Assembly: GCA_042217555.1 (NCBI GenBank)
Contig: JBDGSL010000077.1
Coordinates: 8,521 to 54,876 of the forward strand
Direction: 5' to 3'
Origin: Candidatus Nanohalobium sp.
GTDB lineage: Archaea > Nanohalarchaeota > Nanosalinia > Nanosalinales > Nanosalinaceae
DNA: 46,356 nt
Each line of letters opens with the position of its first letter. Position 1 is the stretch's first letter. Of the stretch, positions 1-9,825 are shown piece by piece. Under the pieces are notes generated by a model. It saw only the letters and a list, made by a program, of their open reading frames with translations. It was not told where the DNA came from and searched no databases. A program made the position numbers and the translations under genes.

Positions 1-444
1 GTACTGCGGGATTTCCGGGCCGCTGCATGGCCCGTAGCCGACGATGTTCCAGTCTTCTAAGTTGAAACTGGAGAAGTTAAGGTTCCGAACGTTATCAAAT
101 CCTTCCAGCATCCCTGGATAACCTCTGTCTTCCAGGAAACTCCATTCGGAGTTCTCTCCTGTCCAGTCCCAGTTACCTGGAACTACCAGTACTGGAACGC
201 CCAGAGAGTCCAGTTCTTCAAGAATTTCCTTGCCTTCCCGAATCGAGTTCTCGACCGCCTTTTTCGCCTCTTCCTCACCGTATAATTCATACCACTCCTT
301 TTCAGTATCCGCTGCTTCGAACATCTTGGAGCGCATCTCCTCGGTGCCTCCGCAGACATCCCCTACAACGAGGACGATGTCGAATCCTTCATCCGGTATC
401 TCCGGTTCCTCTCCGTGGCAGTCTCCAATTACAAGTGCTTTCAT
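1..444 (-). CDS. Metallophosphoesterase (calcineurin-like), partial; runs off the window start
   Basis: Manual translation from ATG at 444: MKALVIGDCHG...DIVLVVGDVCGG...VPVLVVPGNWD, with DxH, GD and GNxD motifs. Not in the ORF track because it has no stop in the window. Confidence 0.85.
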   Translation of the reverse strand, partial: MKALVIGDCHGEEPEIPDEGFDIVLVVGDVCGGTEEMRSKMFEAADTEKEWYELYGEEEAKKAVENSIREGKEILEELDSLGVPVLVVPGNWDWTGENSEWSFLEDRGYPGMLEGFDNVRNLNFSSFNLEDWNIVGYGPCSGPEIPQY

Positions 445-492
445 ACAACAACCGGATTTCTCAAGAAGTATAAAAGTCCTATTTTTTTGATT

Positions 493-803
493 TCAGAGCC
501 TTTCCTGAAGTTTCTCACAGTGCTGTCTCCTGAATGAGTGAATTCAAAGCTCCAGACCGCGAGCACAATCAGAGTACCGGCTTCTATATCGAGGAAGACT
601 CTGTGGTTGACATCTTTTTTCTCTACTGTTAACTCCCAGACAGCATGGTCAAGCTGTGGGTTCGGCACCAGTTTGACGTCTGGATGCTTTGTTCCTTCCT
701 CTCTGACCTCTTCAATAACAGACTCTATCTCGTCCTATTCATCTGAAGGAATATCCCTGCGATCAGAGACTACCTCGGGCAGATAACGAACATCTAAACT
801 TAT
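493..803 (-). pseudogene. Decayed RelE/ParE-like toxin
   Basis: Frame directly after the antitoxin reads (I)SLDVRYLPEVVSDRRDIPSDE*DEIESVIEEV...VWELTV...NHRVFLDIEAGTLIVLAVW. ATA stands at the expected start (801-803), there is an in-frame TAG at 735-737, and a probable frameshift lies near the 3' end. Confidence 0.55.
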
Positions 804-1024
804 CTTTCTACTTCTTCTGGCGTAAGAAGTTCATCTTCGCTGTAGTCCCTCCTCTTACTCAGTTCCCTGATAGCTTTCTTGGAAAGCCTTTCACTCCTTC
901 TATCCAGAAGCCTTCTGACAGCATCCCTGATCAGGTCCGAGTTAGATGTATTATCGCCGCTCTCAACAGCGTCTTCAATCCTTTCCTTGAGGTTCGATGG
1001 AATCTCAACACCTGTCGTCGGCAT
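800..1024 (-). CDS. Ribbon-helix-helix (CopG/ParD-like) antitoxin
   Basis: MPTTGVEIPSNLKERIEDAVESGDNTSNSDLIRDAVRRLL matches the RHH pattern. ATG at 1024 is preferred over the ORF-track start. Confidence 0.75.
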   Translation of the reverse strand: MPTTGVEIPSNLKERIEDAVESGDNTSNSDLIRDAVRRLLDRRSERLSKKAIRELSKRRDYSEDELLTPEEVER

Positions 1025-1156
1025 ACCAACAACATACAGACGAAAAGTTAAATCTAACCGGAATTCGGCAGAAGTCATAAAACAGTTTCTGTCGAACTTG
1101 ATACTGCTATGACTCTATCAACTAAGGGTGGCCGTTTTGTACAGTACAAGGAGGAT

Positions 1157-1180
1157 TCGAAACTGCAAAGCGGATTCTGC
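1157..1180 (-). repeat. Copy of the dispersed GCAGAAA-stem-loop-TTTCGA hairpin (degenerate)
   Basis: Minus strand GCAGAATCCGCTTTGCAGTTTCGA versus GCAGAAACTGCAAAGCAGTTTCGA at 41660-41683. Confidence 0.65.
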
Positions 1181-1325
1181 AAGCAAGAAGCTCGGTGAGC
1201 TTCAGCATACTCAAAATCTTTCTAGTTCCAGATCTGGCTTTGAACACTTCTCTGTTAGCGGAGAGTTGTCCCTGAAAAATGGATTTAAAGCTGTTCGAGA
1301 AGCTGTTTTTTGTGAGGTTTAAACT

Positions 1326-3905
1326 GTGATGGAAGGCGATTACAACGCGGAAGAAGTCGAGGAGAAATGGCAGGAAAAATGGGTTAATGATAAGACTTTT
1401 GCCTATCCTGGGGCGAGTAGTTCGGAGAAGGTGTTTTCGGTTGATACTCCTCCTCCGACTGTTTCTGGAAGCTTGCATATGGGCCATCTGTATGGTCAGA
1501 CGTTGCAGGATTTTCAGGGCCGTTTTCAGAGGATGTACGGGAAGAAGGTTTTCCAGCCGTTTGGTTACGATGATAACGGTATTGCTTCTGAGCGTTTGAC
1601 TGAGGATGAGCTGGGTATCCGGCATCAGGATTTTACCCGGAGGGAGTTCCAGGATAAGTGTCGTGATGTCTGCCAGGATTATGAGAGGCAGTTCACGGAG
1701 AATATGCAGTCTCTGGGGCTTTCACATGATTGGACGAATACGTACAAGACTATTGAGCCTCGTGTCCAGCGTGTATCCCAGTTATCGTTTATCGATCTGT
1801 ATGAGAAGGATAGGGAGTACCGTCAGAAGGCACCGACTATCTGGTGTCCTGAGTGTGAAACCGCGATCAGTCAGGTTGAGATGGAGGACGCGGAGAGGGA
1901 CAGCCATTTCAATGATATAGAGTTCTCTCTTGCATCAGGTAACGGGTCTCTGATGATTTCCACGACCAGGCCTGAGCTTCTTCCTGCGTGCGTCGCTATA
2001 TTTGTCCATCCTGAGGACGAGGCGAATGAGAACCTGGTCGGTGAGAAGGCTGAAGTCCCTCTTTTCGGCCATGAAGTCCCTATACTGGAGGATGAACGTG
2101 TTGACATGGAGACCGGGAGCGGGGTTGTCATGTGCTGTACGTTTGGAGACCAGACAGATATAGAGTGGTATCAGGCACATGACTTGCCTTTGAAGATAGC
2201 GATAGATGAGTCAGGTACCATGACGGAACTGGCTGGAAAGTATGAGGGAATGACGACCAGAGAGGCAAGGAAGGAGATAGTAGACGACCTGGATGAGGAA
2301 GGCGTCCTTCTGGACCGTGAACCTATCACTCACACTGTCCAGGTCCATGAAAGATGTGAGACAGATGTCGAGTTCCGGGTTACCGAGCAGTGGTACGTCA
2401 AGCTGCTTGACAGGAAGGAAGAGTACCTGGAGGCCGGGGAGGAGATGGACTGGTACCCTGAGAAGATGAAGTCCCGTTACAGGCACTGGATTGAAGGCCT
2501 GGAGTGGGACTGGTGTGTCTCCCGGCAGAGAGATTCAGGTATCCCTTTCCCTGTCTGGTACTGCGAGAGTTGTGGAGAGGAGATACTGGCTGAGAAGAAG
2601 GATCTACCGGTTGATCCTATTGAAGACAGTCCTCCGATAAGTGAATGTCCGGAGTGCGGCGGTGAAGAGTTCAAGGCTGAGGAAGATGTTTTCGACACCT
2701 GGGCCACTTCAAGTCTGACACCGTTGATCAACGCCCGGTGGGACTGGGATGAAGAAAGCCAGGAGTTCGAGATGGGAAGACCGGAACTGTATCCTTTCAA
2801 CCTGCGTCCTGAAGGACACGACATCATCAGCTTCTGGCTGTTCCACACCGTCGTCAAATGCTACGAGCATACAGGCGAGGTACCCTTCCAGGAAGTGATG
2901 AACCATGGCCATGTCCTGGATGAGAACAGGGAGAAGATGAGCAAGTCGAAAGGCAACGTTGTCACACCGGAAGAAGTACTGGACGAGTTCCCTGTCGACG
3001 CCGCAAGGTACTGGGCCGCAGGATCCAAGGTCGGCGACGACTTCCCTTTCAAAGAACAGGAACTGGAAGCCGGAGAGAAACTGATGCGGAAACTGTGGAA
3101 CGCATCAAAACTTGTGGACTCGCTTACAGAAAACAGTTCAAAGCCCGAGAAACTTGATGAAATTGACGCATGGATCCTGGCAAAGCAGGACCAGGTTATA
3201 GAGGAAGTTACGGAACACATGAAGAACTACGAGTTCTCCAAGGCCCGTGACAGAGTCAGAAGCTTCTTCTGGCACAGTTTCTGCGACGACTACCTTGAGA
3301 TAGCCAAGCAGAAAGAAACAGCTTCAACCCGTTACGCACTGGAGACAGCACACAGAAAGTTCCTGAAACTGTTCGCACCCTTCCTCTCACACATTACAGA
3401 GGAGATCTGGAACCGTATGTACGCAGGTAAAAGTATCCACACCACTCAATGGCCTGAAAAGGAAGACGCAGAGGCAGACCTGGAAGCCGGAGAGAAAGCC
3501 ATGCAGGTTATATCAGCGCTCAGGAAGTACAAGTCAGGCAAGAACATGGCGCTAAACGAAGAAATAGATAGGGTAGAAGTTCACGGCGATATCACCGGCT
3601 TTGAAGACGCAGTCAGGGAAGTAATGCACGTCCAGGAACTGAAGCAGCTTGAAGAAGAACCCAGGATGGAGAAGAAGATTGTCGAAGTCAAACTCGACTA
3701 CAGCAAAGCCGGGCCGGAGTACGGTGAAAAGATCGGAGAGATAGAGGAAGAACTTGAAGCAGGAAACTGGAACATCGACATGGGCAAACTTGAAGTAGCA
3801 GGAGAACACCTTGAACCGGAAGAGTTCAAAGTAGAAGAAGAAAGAACCTACACAGGGAAGGGAGAAATGGTAGAAACCGGAGACACAGCCGTGATAGTGA
3901 AGTAA
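1326..3905 (+). CDS. valS: Valine--tRNA ligase (archaeal type)
   Basis: DTPPPTVSGSLHMGH (HIGH-like), SRQR, KMSKSKGN; 859 aa. Confidence 0.97.
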   Translation: MMEGDYNAEEVEEKWQEKWVNDKTFAYPGASSSEKVFSVDTPPPTVSGSLHMGHLYGQTLQDFQGRFQRMYGKKVFQPFGYDDNGIASERLTEDELGIRHQDFTRREFQDKCRDVCQDYERQFTENMQSLGLSHDWTNTYKTIEPRVQRVSQLSFIDLYEKDREYRQKAPTIWCPECETAISQVEMEDAERDSHFNDIEFSLASGNGSLMISTTRPELLPACVAIFVHPEDEANENLVGEKAEVPLFGHEVPILEDERVDMETGSGVVMCCTFGDQTDIEWYQAHDLPLKIAIDESGTMTELAGKYEGMTTREARKEIVDDLDEEGVLLDREPITHTVQVHERCETDVEFRVTEQWYVKLLDRKEEYLEAGEEMDWYPEKMKSRYRHWIEGLEWDWCVSRQRDSGIPFPVWYCESCGEEILAEKKDLPVDPIEDSPPISECPECGGEEFKAEEDVFDTWATSSLTPLINARWDWDEESQEFEMGRPELYPFNLRPEGHDIISFWLFHTVVKCYEHTGEVPFQEVMNHGHVLDENREKMSKSKGNVVTPEEVLDEFPVDAARYWAAGSKVGDDFPFKEQELEAGEKLMRKLWNASKLVDSLTENSSKPEKLDEIDAWILAKQDQVIEEVTEHMKNYEFSKARDRVRSFFWHSFCDDYLEIAKQKETASTRYALETAHRKFLKLFAPFLSHITEEIWNRMYAGKSIHTTQWPEKEDAEADLEAGEKAMQVISALRKYKSGKNMALNEEIDRVEVHGDITGFEDAVREVMHVQELKQLEEEPRMEKKIVEVKLDYSKAGPEYGEKIGEIEEELEAGNWNIDMGKLEVAGEHLEPEEFKVEEERTYTGKGEMVETGDTAVIVK

Positions 3906-4003
3906 ACAGCTCAAAAACCCTTTTCCCTCTTCTCTCTTCGTTCTTCCTGCAAAATGTTCTGCAGGTTCTCAAATTAAAAGAATTCACCTGGAACCTTGTT
4001 TTC

Positions 4004-6736
4004 ATGACAGAGGAAAACTCTCAGGAAATGAACAAGTACCAGTTGAAGAAGCTGGTTAACAAGCTGGATGATATACGGGGAAGGAACACCGAGCTGGTCT
4101 CACTGTATATTCCAGCCGGTTACGACATGTCCAAGATCTCAGAGTTCATTACTTCTGAACAGTCCGAGGCAGAGAACATCAAGTCGAAGCATACCAGGAC
4201 AAACGTTCAGGACGCCCTTGGAAAGATCGGGAGGAAAGTGAAAGAAGAGCAGGAGACCCCGGAGAACGGTGTGGCCTTCTTCGCCGGAAACGTTTCAGAC
4301 ACCGAGGGAAGACCCGAGATAAAGATCTGGGAAGTTGTACCTCCACAGCCGATCGAATCCCGGCACTACAGGTGTGACAAGGAGTTCGTCCTTCAACCTC
4401 TGAAGGATATGATAGTAGACGACCGCGTCTATGGACTCATCGTCGCAGATAAGAACAAGGCAGCTATCGGGTATCTGCAGGGAAGCAGCGTGAAAACAGT
4501 GTACACCTTGGAGTCTAACGTACCTGGAAAGACCAAAGCCGGAGGGCAATGCTTGGATCCGGATTCTATAGTTCACATGTCTAATGGAGGACTGAAGAGA
4601 ATTGAGGATATTGAGGTTGGAGACAGCGTGAAGTCAGCAGAGTTCGAATCGATGGAGTTGAAGGATTCCAAAGTTGTGGACAAATGGAAAGAGAAGAAGA
4701 CTGTCTACGAGATAGAGACCAAGTTCCCAAGAAAAACCTTAACCTGTTCCGGCGATCATGAGGTATTCACTTCTAAGCTAGAGAAAAAAGCTGTTGAAAA
4801 CCTAGAGGAAGGTGAAAAGCTTCTATTCCCTGAAAGGACGGAAACCAGTTCCAGTGAGAGAATACTGAATACGGAAAAATACTACAACTCCTTCAAAGTA
4901 TCTGAAAAAGGAAGAGAAAAACTGAAAGAAATGAGAAAAGAGAGAGGATATTCTCAAGGCTCTCTAGGAGAAGAAGTCGACGCCACTCAGACAGCAATAT
5001 CCAAGATAGAACTGGGAGAAAGAGATGTAGGAACAGCGTTTCTACAGGATCTCTGTAAGGTATTGGGAGTTGATTTCAAGGAGTTTGTACAGGACTATTG
5101 CAGAGGCAAAGATTACAAGCTGCCAAAAGGCATTGACAGGGATCTAGCTGAAATCCTGGGCTACTTTGCTGGAGACGGTAGTTTCGACCCGGAGAGACTA
5201 AACTTCCACGAACAAGACAAGGAAGTAGCAGAGTACTACCAAGGAAAACTGGAGAAAGTATTCAACTGCAACACCAAAATCAGGTTTAGGGAAGATAAGA
5301 ACTACCATCTCTTGAGAGCCTTTGGCAAGCCATTAGTCAAATTCATAAAAGGAGAGTTTCCAGAAATCAAGAAGTCAAGAAATACTAAGATACCGGCGAA
5401 GATACTTGAAGCCGACGACAATATAGTTCAAGGATTTATACAGGGATTCTACAATGCAGAAGGACACTGCAGTGAAAGTAGAGGCCGAATAGGTATATCA
5501 GCAAACAACAAGATTATGATGCAGCAACTTCAATCAACACTGCTTAGAAACGAAGTAATAGCATCACTGACAACTTACGACAACAAGGAAAACCCTCACA
5601 CAGACAACACAAGATACACTGTAAGCATATCAGACGCAAAATCAATTCAGAACTTCGCCAATAAAATCGGATTCTGCAGTGAGAGAAAAACCGGTGAACT
5701 GGATAAAATATGTCAACTGGCCAAATCCAAGAACAACAACCGTCAAATAGTCAAGGATGGAAAAGAAGTCAGAAACATACTGGAAAACAATGGAAGAAAC
5801 TTCAGCGAGTTCAAAACCTCCAACATGTACTTACAGGGAAAAAGGGAGATTAGCAAGGCAAAGTTTGAAGAAAACATCAAAAAAGAAACAGGAGGAGAAT
5901 TAGAAAAGGAACTTGAGAATATTCACAACTCCCAAATTCTGCCGACAAAGATACAGTCAATTGAGGAAAAAGAAGAACAGGAAGTAGTAGACATAAGCGT
6001 AGAAGCCGGCAACTTCATAGCAAATAATCTGATAGTCCATAACTCAGCTCAAAGGTTTTCACGCCTCCGTGAAGAGATGTTAAAGACTTTTCTAGGTGAT
6101 ATAGCGGAGAAGGCGAAGAATGCGTTCCTGGGTAAGGCCCGTGAGGATAAACTTCTTGGCATCATTGTCGGTGGACCGGGTTTTGTCAAGGACAAGTTGC
6201 TGGATGAGGATTATCTTCATCAGGAGCTTCAGGACAGGGTCGTTACACGGAAGTCTCTGGATGTTTCAGGCGAGGCAGGCCTGTCTCAGCTCGTGGAGAA
6301 GGCTGAGGAGGAGATAGAGGATTCTCAGGTGGTGAAGGAGAAGAACCTTGTGAACAAGTTCTTCGACAATCTTAGAAAAGAGAACGGAAAATCGGAGTAC
6401 GGCGTGGAACAGGTGGAGAAAGCGTTGAAGATGGGAGCGGTCGAGACTGTTCTGATCTCCGAAGATGTCAACCTTTACAGGGCGAAGTACCGGTGTCCTA
6501 ACGGCCATGAGAAGGAGGTTTTCGAGGAAAAACCCGAGATCGATGACTCAGTTGAGTGTGAAGAGTGTAATGAGGAGATGCAACTTGAAGAGATAGCTGA
6601 TATAGTAGATATCTTCGGTGAGAAAGCCGAGGAGATGTCAAGCGAACTGGAGATCATATCAACCGACCATGAAGAAGGGAAACGTTTGATGAACATGGGA
6701 GGGGTTGCGGCAGTACTCAGATACAGGATCCGGTAA
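4004..6736 (+). CDS. prf1: Peptide chain release factor aRF1, intein-containing (about 412 aa after splicing)
   Basis: TELVSLYIP, NIKS, YRCD, GKTKAGGQ|...|SAQRF, C-terminal GGVAAVLRY. Confidence 0.96.
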   Translation: MTEENSQEMNKYQLKKLVNKLDDIRGRNTELVSLYIPAGYDMSKISEFITSEQSEAENIKSKHTRTNVQDALGKIGRKVKEEQETPENGVAFFAGNVSDTEGRPEIKIWEVVPPQPIESRHYRCDKEFVLQPLKDMIVDDRVYGLIVADKNKAAIGYLQGSSVKTVYTLESNVPGKTKAGGQCLDPDSIVHMSNGGLKRIEDIEVGDSVKSAEFESMELKDSKVVDKWKEKKTVYEIETKFPRKTLTCSGDHEVFTSKLEKKAVENLEEGEKLLFPERTETSSSERILNTEKYYNSFKVSEKGREKLKEMRKERGYSQGSLGEEVDATQTAISKIELGERDVGTAFLQDLCKVLGVDFKEFVQDYCRGKDYKLPKGIDRDLAEILGYFAGDGSFDPERLNFHEQDKEVAEYYQGKLEKVFNCNTKIRFREDKNYHLLRAFGKPLVKFIKGEFPEIKKSRNTKIPAKILEADDNIVQGFIQGFYNAEGHCSESRGRIGISANNKIMMQQLQSTLLRNEVIASLTTYDNKENPHTDNTRYTVSISDAKSIQNFANKIGFCSERKTGELDKICQLAKSKNNNRQIVKDGKEVRNILENNGRNFSEFKTSNMYLQGKREISKAKFEENIKKETGGELEKELENIHNSQILPTKIQSIEEKEEQEVVDISVEAGNFIANNLIVHNSAQRFSRLREEMLKTFLGDIAEKAKNAFLGKAREDKLLGIIVGGPGFVKDKLLDEDYLHQELQDRVVTRKSLDVSGEAGLSQLVEKAEEEIEDSQVVKEKNLVNKFFDNLRKENGKSEYGVEQVEKALKMGAVETVLISEDVNLYRAKYRCPNGHEKEVFEEKPEIDDSVECEECNEEMQLEEIADIVDIFGEKAEEMSSELEIISTDHEEGKRLMNMGGVAAVLRYRIR
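4550..6043 (+). mobile_element. Intein (498 aa) with LAGLIDADG endonuclease and XRE-type HTH, in aRF1
   Basis: Starts CLDPDS and ends IVHN followed by Ser+1. Block B TCSGDHEV; LAGLIDADG-like ILGYFAGDG and FIQGFYNAEG; HTH LKEMRKERGYSQGSLGEEVDATQTAISKIELG. Confidence 0.95.
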
Positions 6737-6769
6737 CTTGTTAACCTTCCAGCACGTTACAAGAGCTAT

Positions 6770-7330
6770 ATGTCATCGATCAATGGCGTTGAACTGTCAG
6801 ACAACAGGTACACGGTAAAGCAGAAAGCAGTGAGGAACGCCTACAGAGTGTATGACTCTGCAGGAAAAGAAGTTCTCAGGACAAAACAGAACCTTATGAA
6901 GATGAAGGAAGAGTTCCCGTTCACTGATCCGGACGGCAACGAGGTTTTCACTGTTAAGGCCGAAAACCTGATGGATATAGCCGGAGACTACGTTCTTAAA
7001 GATGCAGAAACAGGCGAAGAGTTCGCTGTACTAAGCAAGGAGTTCACACTGCTTATACACAGGTGGAAGATCAAAAACAGCAATGGAGAGAAGATAGCCC
7101 GGATAGAGAGCAGGGGAAAAGCTGTAGGGCTGCTGAGATCTCTTTCCGAGCTTTTCCAGCTTCTTCCACACAGATACACGATAGAAGACAGTGAAGGAAA
7201 ACATGTAGGCACTATCAAGGGAAAGTTCAGGATAAGAGACCATTACGAGATAGAACTGGAGGAAGAGGTCGACAGGAAGGAAGCGGTGCTGGCCGCAGCC
7301 ATCACCATCGATGCACTTGAAGGAAACTAG
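6770..7330 (+). CDS. LURP-one/scramblase (tubby C-terminal-like) family protein
   Basis: YTVKQK...YRVYDSAG...IKGKFRIRDHYEIEL...LAAAITID pattern. Confidence 0.75.
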   Translation: MSSINGVELSDNRYTVKQKAVRNAYRVYDSAGKEVLRTKQNLMKMKEEFPFTDPDGNEVFTVKAENLMDIAGDYVLKDAETGEEFAVLSKEFTLLIHRWKIKNSNGEKIARIESRGKAVGLLRSLSELFQLLPHRYTIEDSEGKHVGTIKGKFRIRDHYEIELEEEVDRKEAVLAAAITIDALEGN

Positions 7331-7359
7331 CACGGAGAGACTGTTTTTTCCTTTTTTTC

Positions 7360-8298
7360 TCACTTCTTCCGATCCCTGGTTTTTCTATCAGTTAGGTATA
7401 TCAGTGTGGCCCCTGCCAGTGCAGCAGGTATGAACTCCGGTGAAACAGTTAACCAAGTTATTTCTCTCTGTGCCACAACTTTTTCAATCTGCAGCAGAGG
7501 TGCCCTGAGTGCTCCGACCACCATACTGGTCAGGAACACCATAGTCATCTCTCTATCTCTTTCAAAAGCTTTTTCCACCAGGTTGACAACTGAGAAAAGC
7601 CCTGCCACTGCTCCAGAAACGAAAAACATAATTGAAGGCGTTGCAGCCGTCAAACCTTCCATGTTACCTGTTTTAAACAGTTCCAGGCCGGCTTCAGTGA
7701 AGTTTGACAGCGCTGTCGAGATGTACTTGTACTGGCCCAGCATCACGAGCATGAGAGACCCTGACACTCCGGGAAGCACCATGGCACTGACTGCTACAGC
7801 CCCTGAAAACATTAAAACAACAGGTTCATGGCCCAGTGCTTTTGCACCGTATCCGGATGCAAGGAAAGCGAAAGCAAAACCTGTCAGTGCAGCTGTCTTA
7901 TCTTTAAACCTGCAGAAACTGATATCTCTGTAAAGTAACAGTGCTGAAGCCGCTATAAGACCGGTGAAGAAGGCGTAGGTCTGTACTGGAAGGTTCTCGA
8001 TCATATAGTGTACCAGGTTCAGTACGAGTACTACAGAGGTCAGGACGCCGGTACCGAGAACAGCCAGGAAAGGCACATCCAGGTCGTAGATCATCTTCTT
8101 CAGTTCGGAAAAGTTCAACACACTGACATGCCTCAGAAAACTGTGCAAATCCCTGTATTCCGGTGTCAAAGCGTCTATCAACCGGTCGTAGATACCTGTG
8201 ATCAGTGCTATGGTCCCTCCTGACACCCCGGGGACGGCGTCGGCCGCACCCATGGCCAGGCCCTTGAGGTAGACCGTGATGTACTCTTTTGTCTCCAT
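7360..8298 (-). CDS. DUF368 family membrane protein
   Basis: KGLAMGAADAVPGVSGGTIALITGIY and the internal repeat AMVLPGVSGS. Confidence 0.9.
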   Translation of the reverse strand: METKEYITVYLKGLAMGAADAVPGVSGGTIALITGIYDRLIDALTPEYRDLHSFLRHVSVLNFSELKKMIYDLDVPFLAVLGTGVLTSVVLVLNLVHYMIENLPVQTYAFFTGLIAASALLLYRDISFCRFKDKTAALTGFAFAFLASGYGAKALGHEPVVLMFSGAVAVSAMVLPGVSGSLMLVMLGQYKYISTALSNFTEAGLELFKTGNMEGLTAATPSIMFFVSGAVAGLFSVVNLVEKAFERDREMTMVFLTSMVVGALRAPLLQIEKVVAQREITWLTVSPEFIPAALAGATLIYLTDRKTRDRKK

Positions 8299-8311
8299 AT
8301 AAACTTGTTTT

Positions 8312-9769
8312 TCACTGGAGATGTTTTAACGTTGTAATCAGGTCGGCCAGCAACTTTCTCACCGCTTCAAAAAATCCCTGGTTCTCCGGTTTTTCTCCAT
8401 CAAGGCCTGACATGTTTCTGGGTTCGGGAGTGGGTAGTTCCCTGATCTCTGCCTTCTCTCTTTCAGGTATCTTTTCCGCGTAGTACACAGGATAGTCGTA
8501 GCTGTTCACTCTTTTGAGACATGAATTAAACTCTTTTCTTGTCTGCTTCTTGCATGGCGTAAGATCTATGTGCCGGGAGTAGTACCTCCATTTCTCGGAA
8601 TTGTTTTCCAGTATTTTGCCGTCTAGAACTGTGTAAAGCTCTCTTAGAGAGTTATTTCTGGAGATGTAGTTCTTTACCACGAGTTCGGAGTATGCGTAGC
8701 CGAAGTCTCTGGCCCTGTGATCTGATGGACTCCAGTTCTCCATGAACGTCATGTTCTGACTGTAGTAATTCCACAGCTCATCTGCTTTGCCTTTAGAAGG
8801 TTTAGTTACCTGGTAGAGAGTGCCGTTTCTTTTATCCGTGTACTCTGTGGCGTTCCCGAACAGTTCCCGTGTCCTGGCCTCCCCCACCTGTTTCTTTCTC
8901 ACGAGGTACTGTACATACCCTGCTATCCCTTCCTCCAGGTAGCTACTGGAAGTCCGGTCATAGTTCAACGCTCTGTCGTTAAACGCGTGGACTGTTTCCT
9001 CGGCCAGTACCGGAGCTTTACGTTCCGTCGAGTTCCGCAGCCTTATCACACCGGCGCTGTACTCTCCCTCACTCCAGACAGCAGCCTGAGCCTCATACTC
9101 CTCTTCATCCAGCACTGCCACCGGTATACGGGGATAGTCCTGTCTCAAGCCTGTCGTGCCTACCGCGATTCTGTAAGGCATGGAACCGTTCAATTTCTGG
9201 TTGAAGTACGTGTAGTACCGTCCCTTATATCCCTGTCCTGTATTCAATGTCAGTGAGGTCCCTCCCTCGCCGCTGAAGAAGAGGGTGTTGTTCCGTATAG
9301 AGGCCTGGAAACCCGGAGAGATAGAGTAGGACAGAAAGTTCTCTGCTTCAACCTTGCCTGTCGTGTTTTCGCCTTTGAGACCGGGCAGCGAAAGCTTTCT
9401 CTGGTAGAGACCCTGAGATAGCCGCCGGGCCTCCCTTTCCACCTTCATCTCTATCCTGACAGTTTCAGAGGTCCGCCTGGGACCTGTATTGGTGTCGACT
9501 TTCAGGACATCTCCCTGCCTCCGGTAATCTTCTATCCGACCTATGGAGTCCTCTACACGAAGTATTTCGGCATCGTCCGGCAGGCGCCAGTCAAGCTGCC
9601 AGGAGTTTACAGGACATTCACCTGTCTCTCCACAGCTCAGTACCATGGAACTGTTTACCCTGACCTCTTCCCTGTCCAGATCCACACTGTAGGTTACCTC
9701 TCCCGCGGCTTCAGCTGCCAGTAAAAGCAGAAGCAGAAACGGTAGAGAACTGTTGGCAGAGACACCCAT
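8312..9769 (-). CDS. Secreted protein with a gluzincin-like metallopeptidase fold (variant motif)
   Basis: N-terminal signal peptide; VLAEETVHAFN...YLEEGIAGY; many N-x-S/T sequons. Confidence 0.55.
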   Translation of the reverse strand: MGVSANSSLPFLLLLLLAAEAAGEVTYSVDLDREEVRVNSSMVLSCGETGECPVNSWQLDWRLPDDAEILRVEDSIGRIEDYRRQGDVLKVDTNTGPRRTSETVRIEMKVEREARRLSQGLYQRKLSLPGLKGENTTGKVEAENFLSYSISPGFQASIRNNTLFFSGEGGTSLTLNTGQGYKGRYYTYFNQKLNGSMPYRIAVGTTGLRQDYPRIPVAVLDEEEYEAQAAVWSEGEYSAGVIRLRNSTERKAPVLAEETVHAFNDRALNYDRTSSSYLEEGIAGYVQYLVRKKQVGEARTRELFGNATEYTDKRNGTLYQVTKPSKGKADELWNYYSQNMTFMENWSPSDHRARDFGYAYSELVVKNYISRNNSLRELYTVLDGKILENNSEKWRYYSRHIDLTPCKKQTRKEFNSCLKRVNSYDYPVYYAEKIPEREKAEIRELPTPEPRNMSGLDGEKPENQGFFEAVRKLLADLITTLKHLQ

Positions 9770-9825
9770 AAACTTCTTTTTTGCCAGGCCATGAATAAAA
9801 ATATGGCTACCGGGAAAAAGGTGTT

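Noticed and set aside
735..737. TAG readthrough or recoding (in-frame TAG in the RelE-like frame, with an unusual aRF1 nearby)
   Set aside because: TAG serves as a normal stop in several intact genes here (e.g. trxA, the LURP-one gene, the DGR target), and the toxin frame has other lesions.
1135..1200. tRNA-like TTCGAATCC T-loop on the minus strand
   Set aside because: The T-stem arms (GCAGT and CCTCC) do not pair and no cloverleaf forms. The sequence is explained by the hairpin family.
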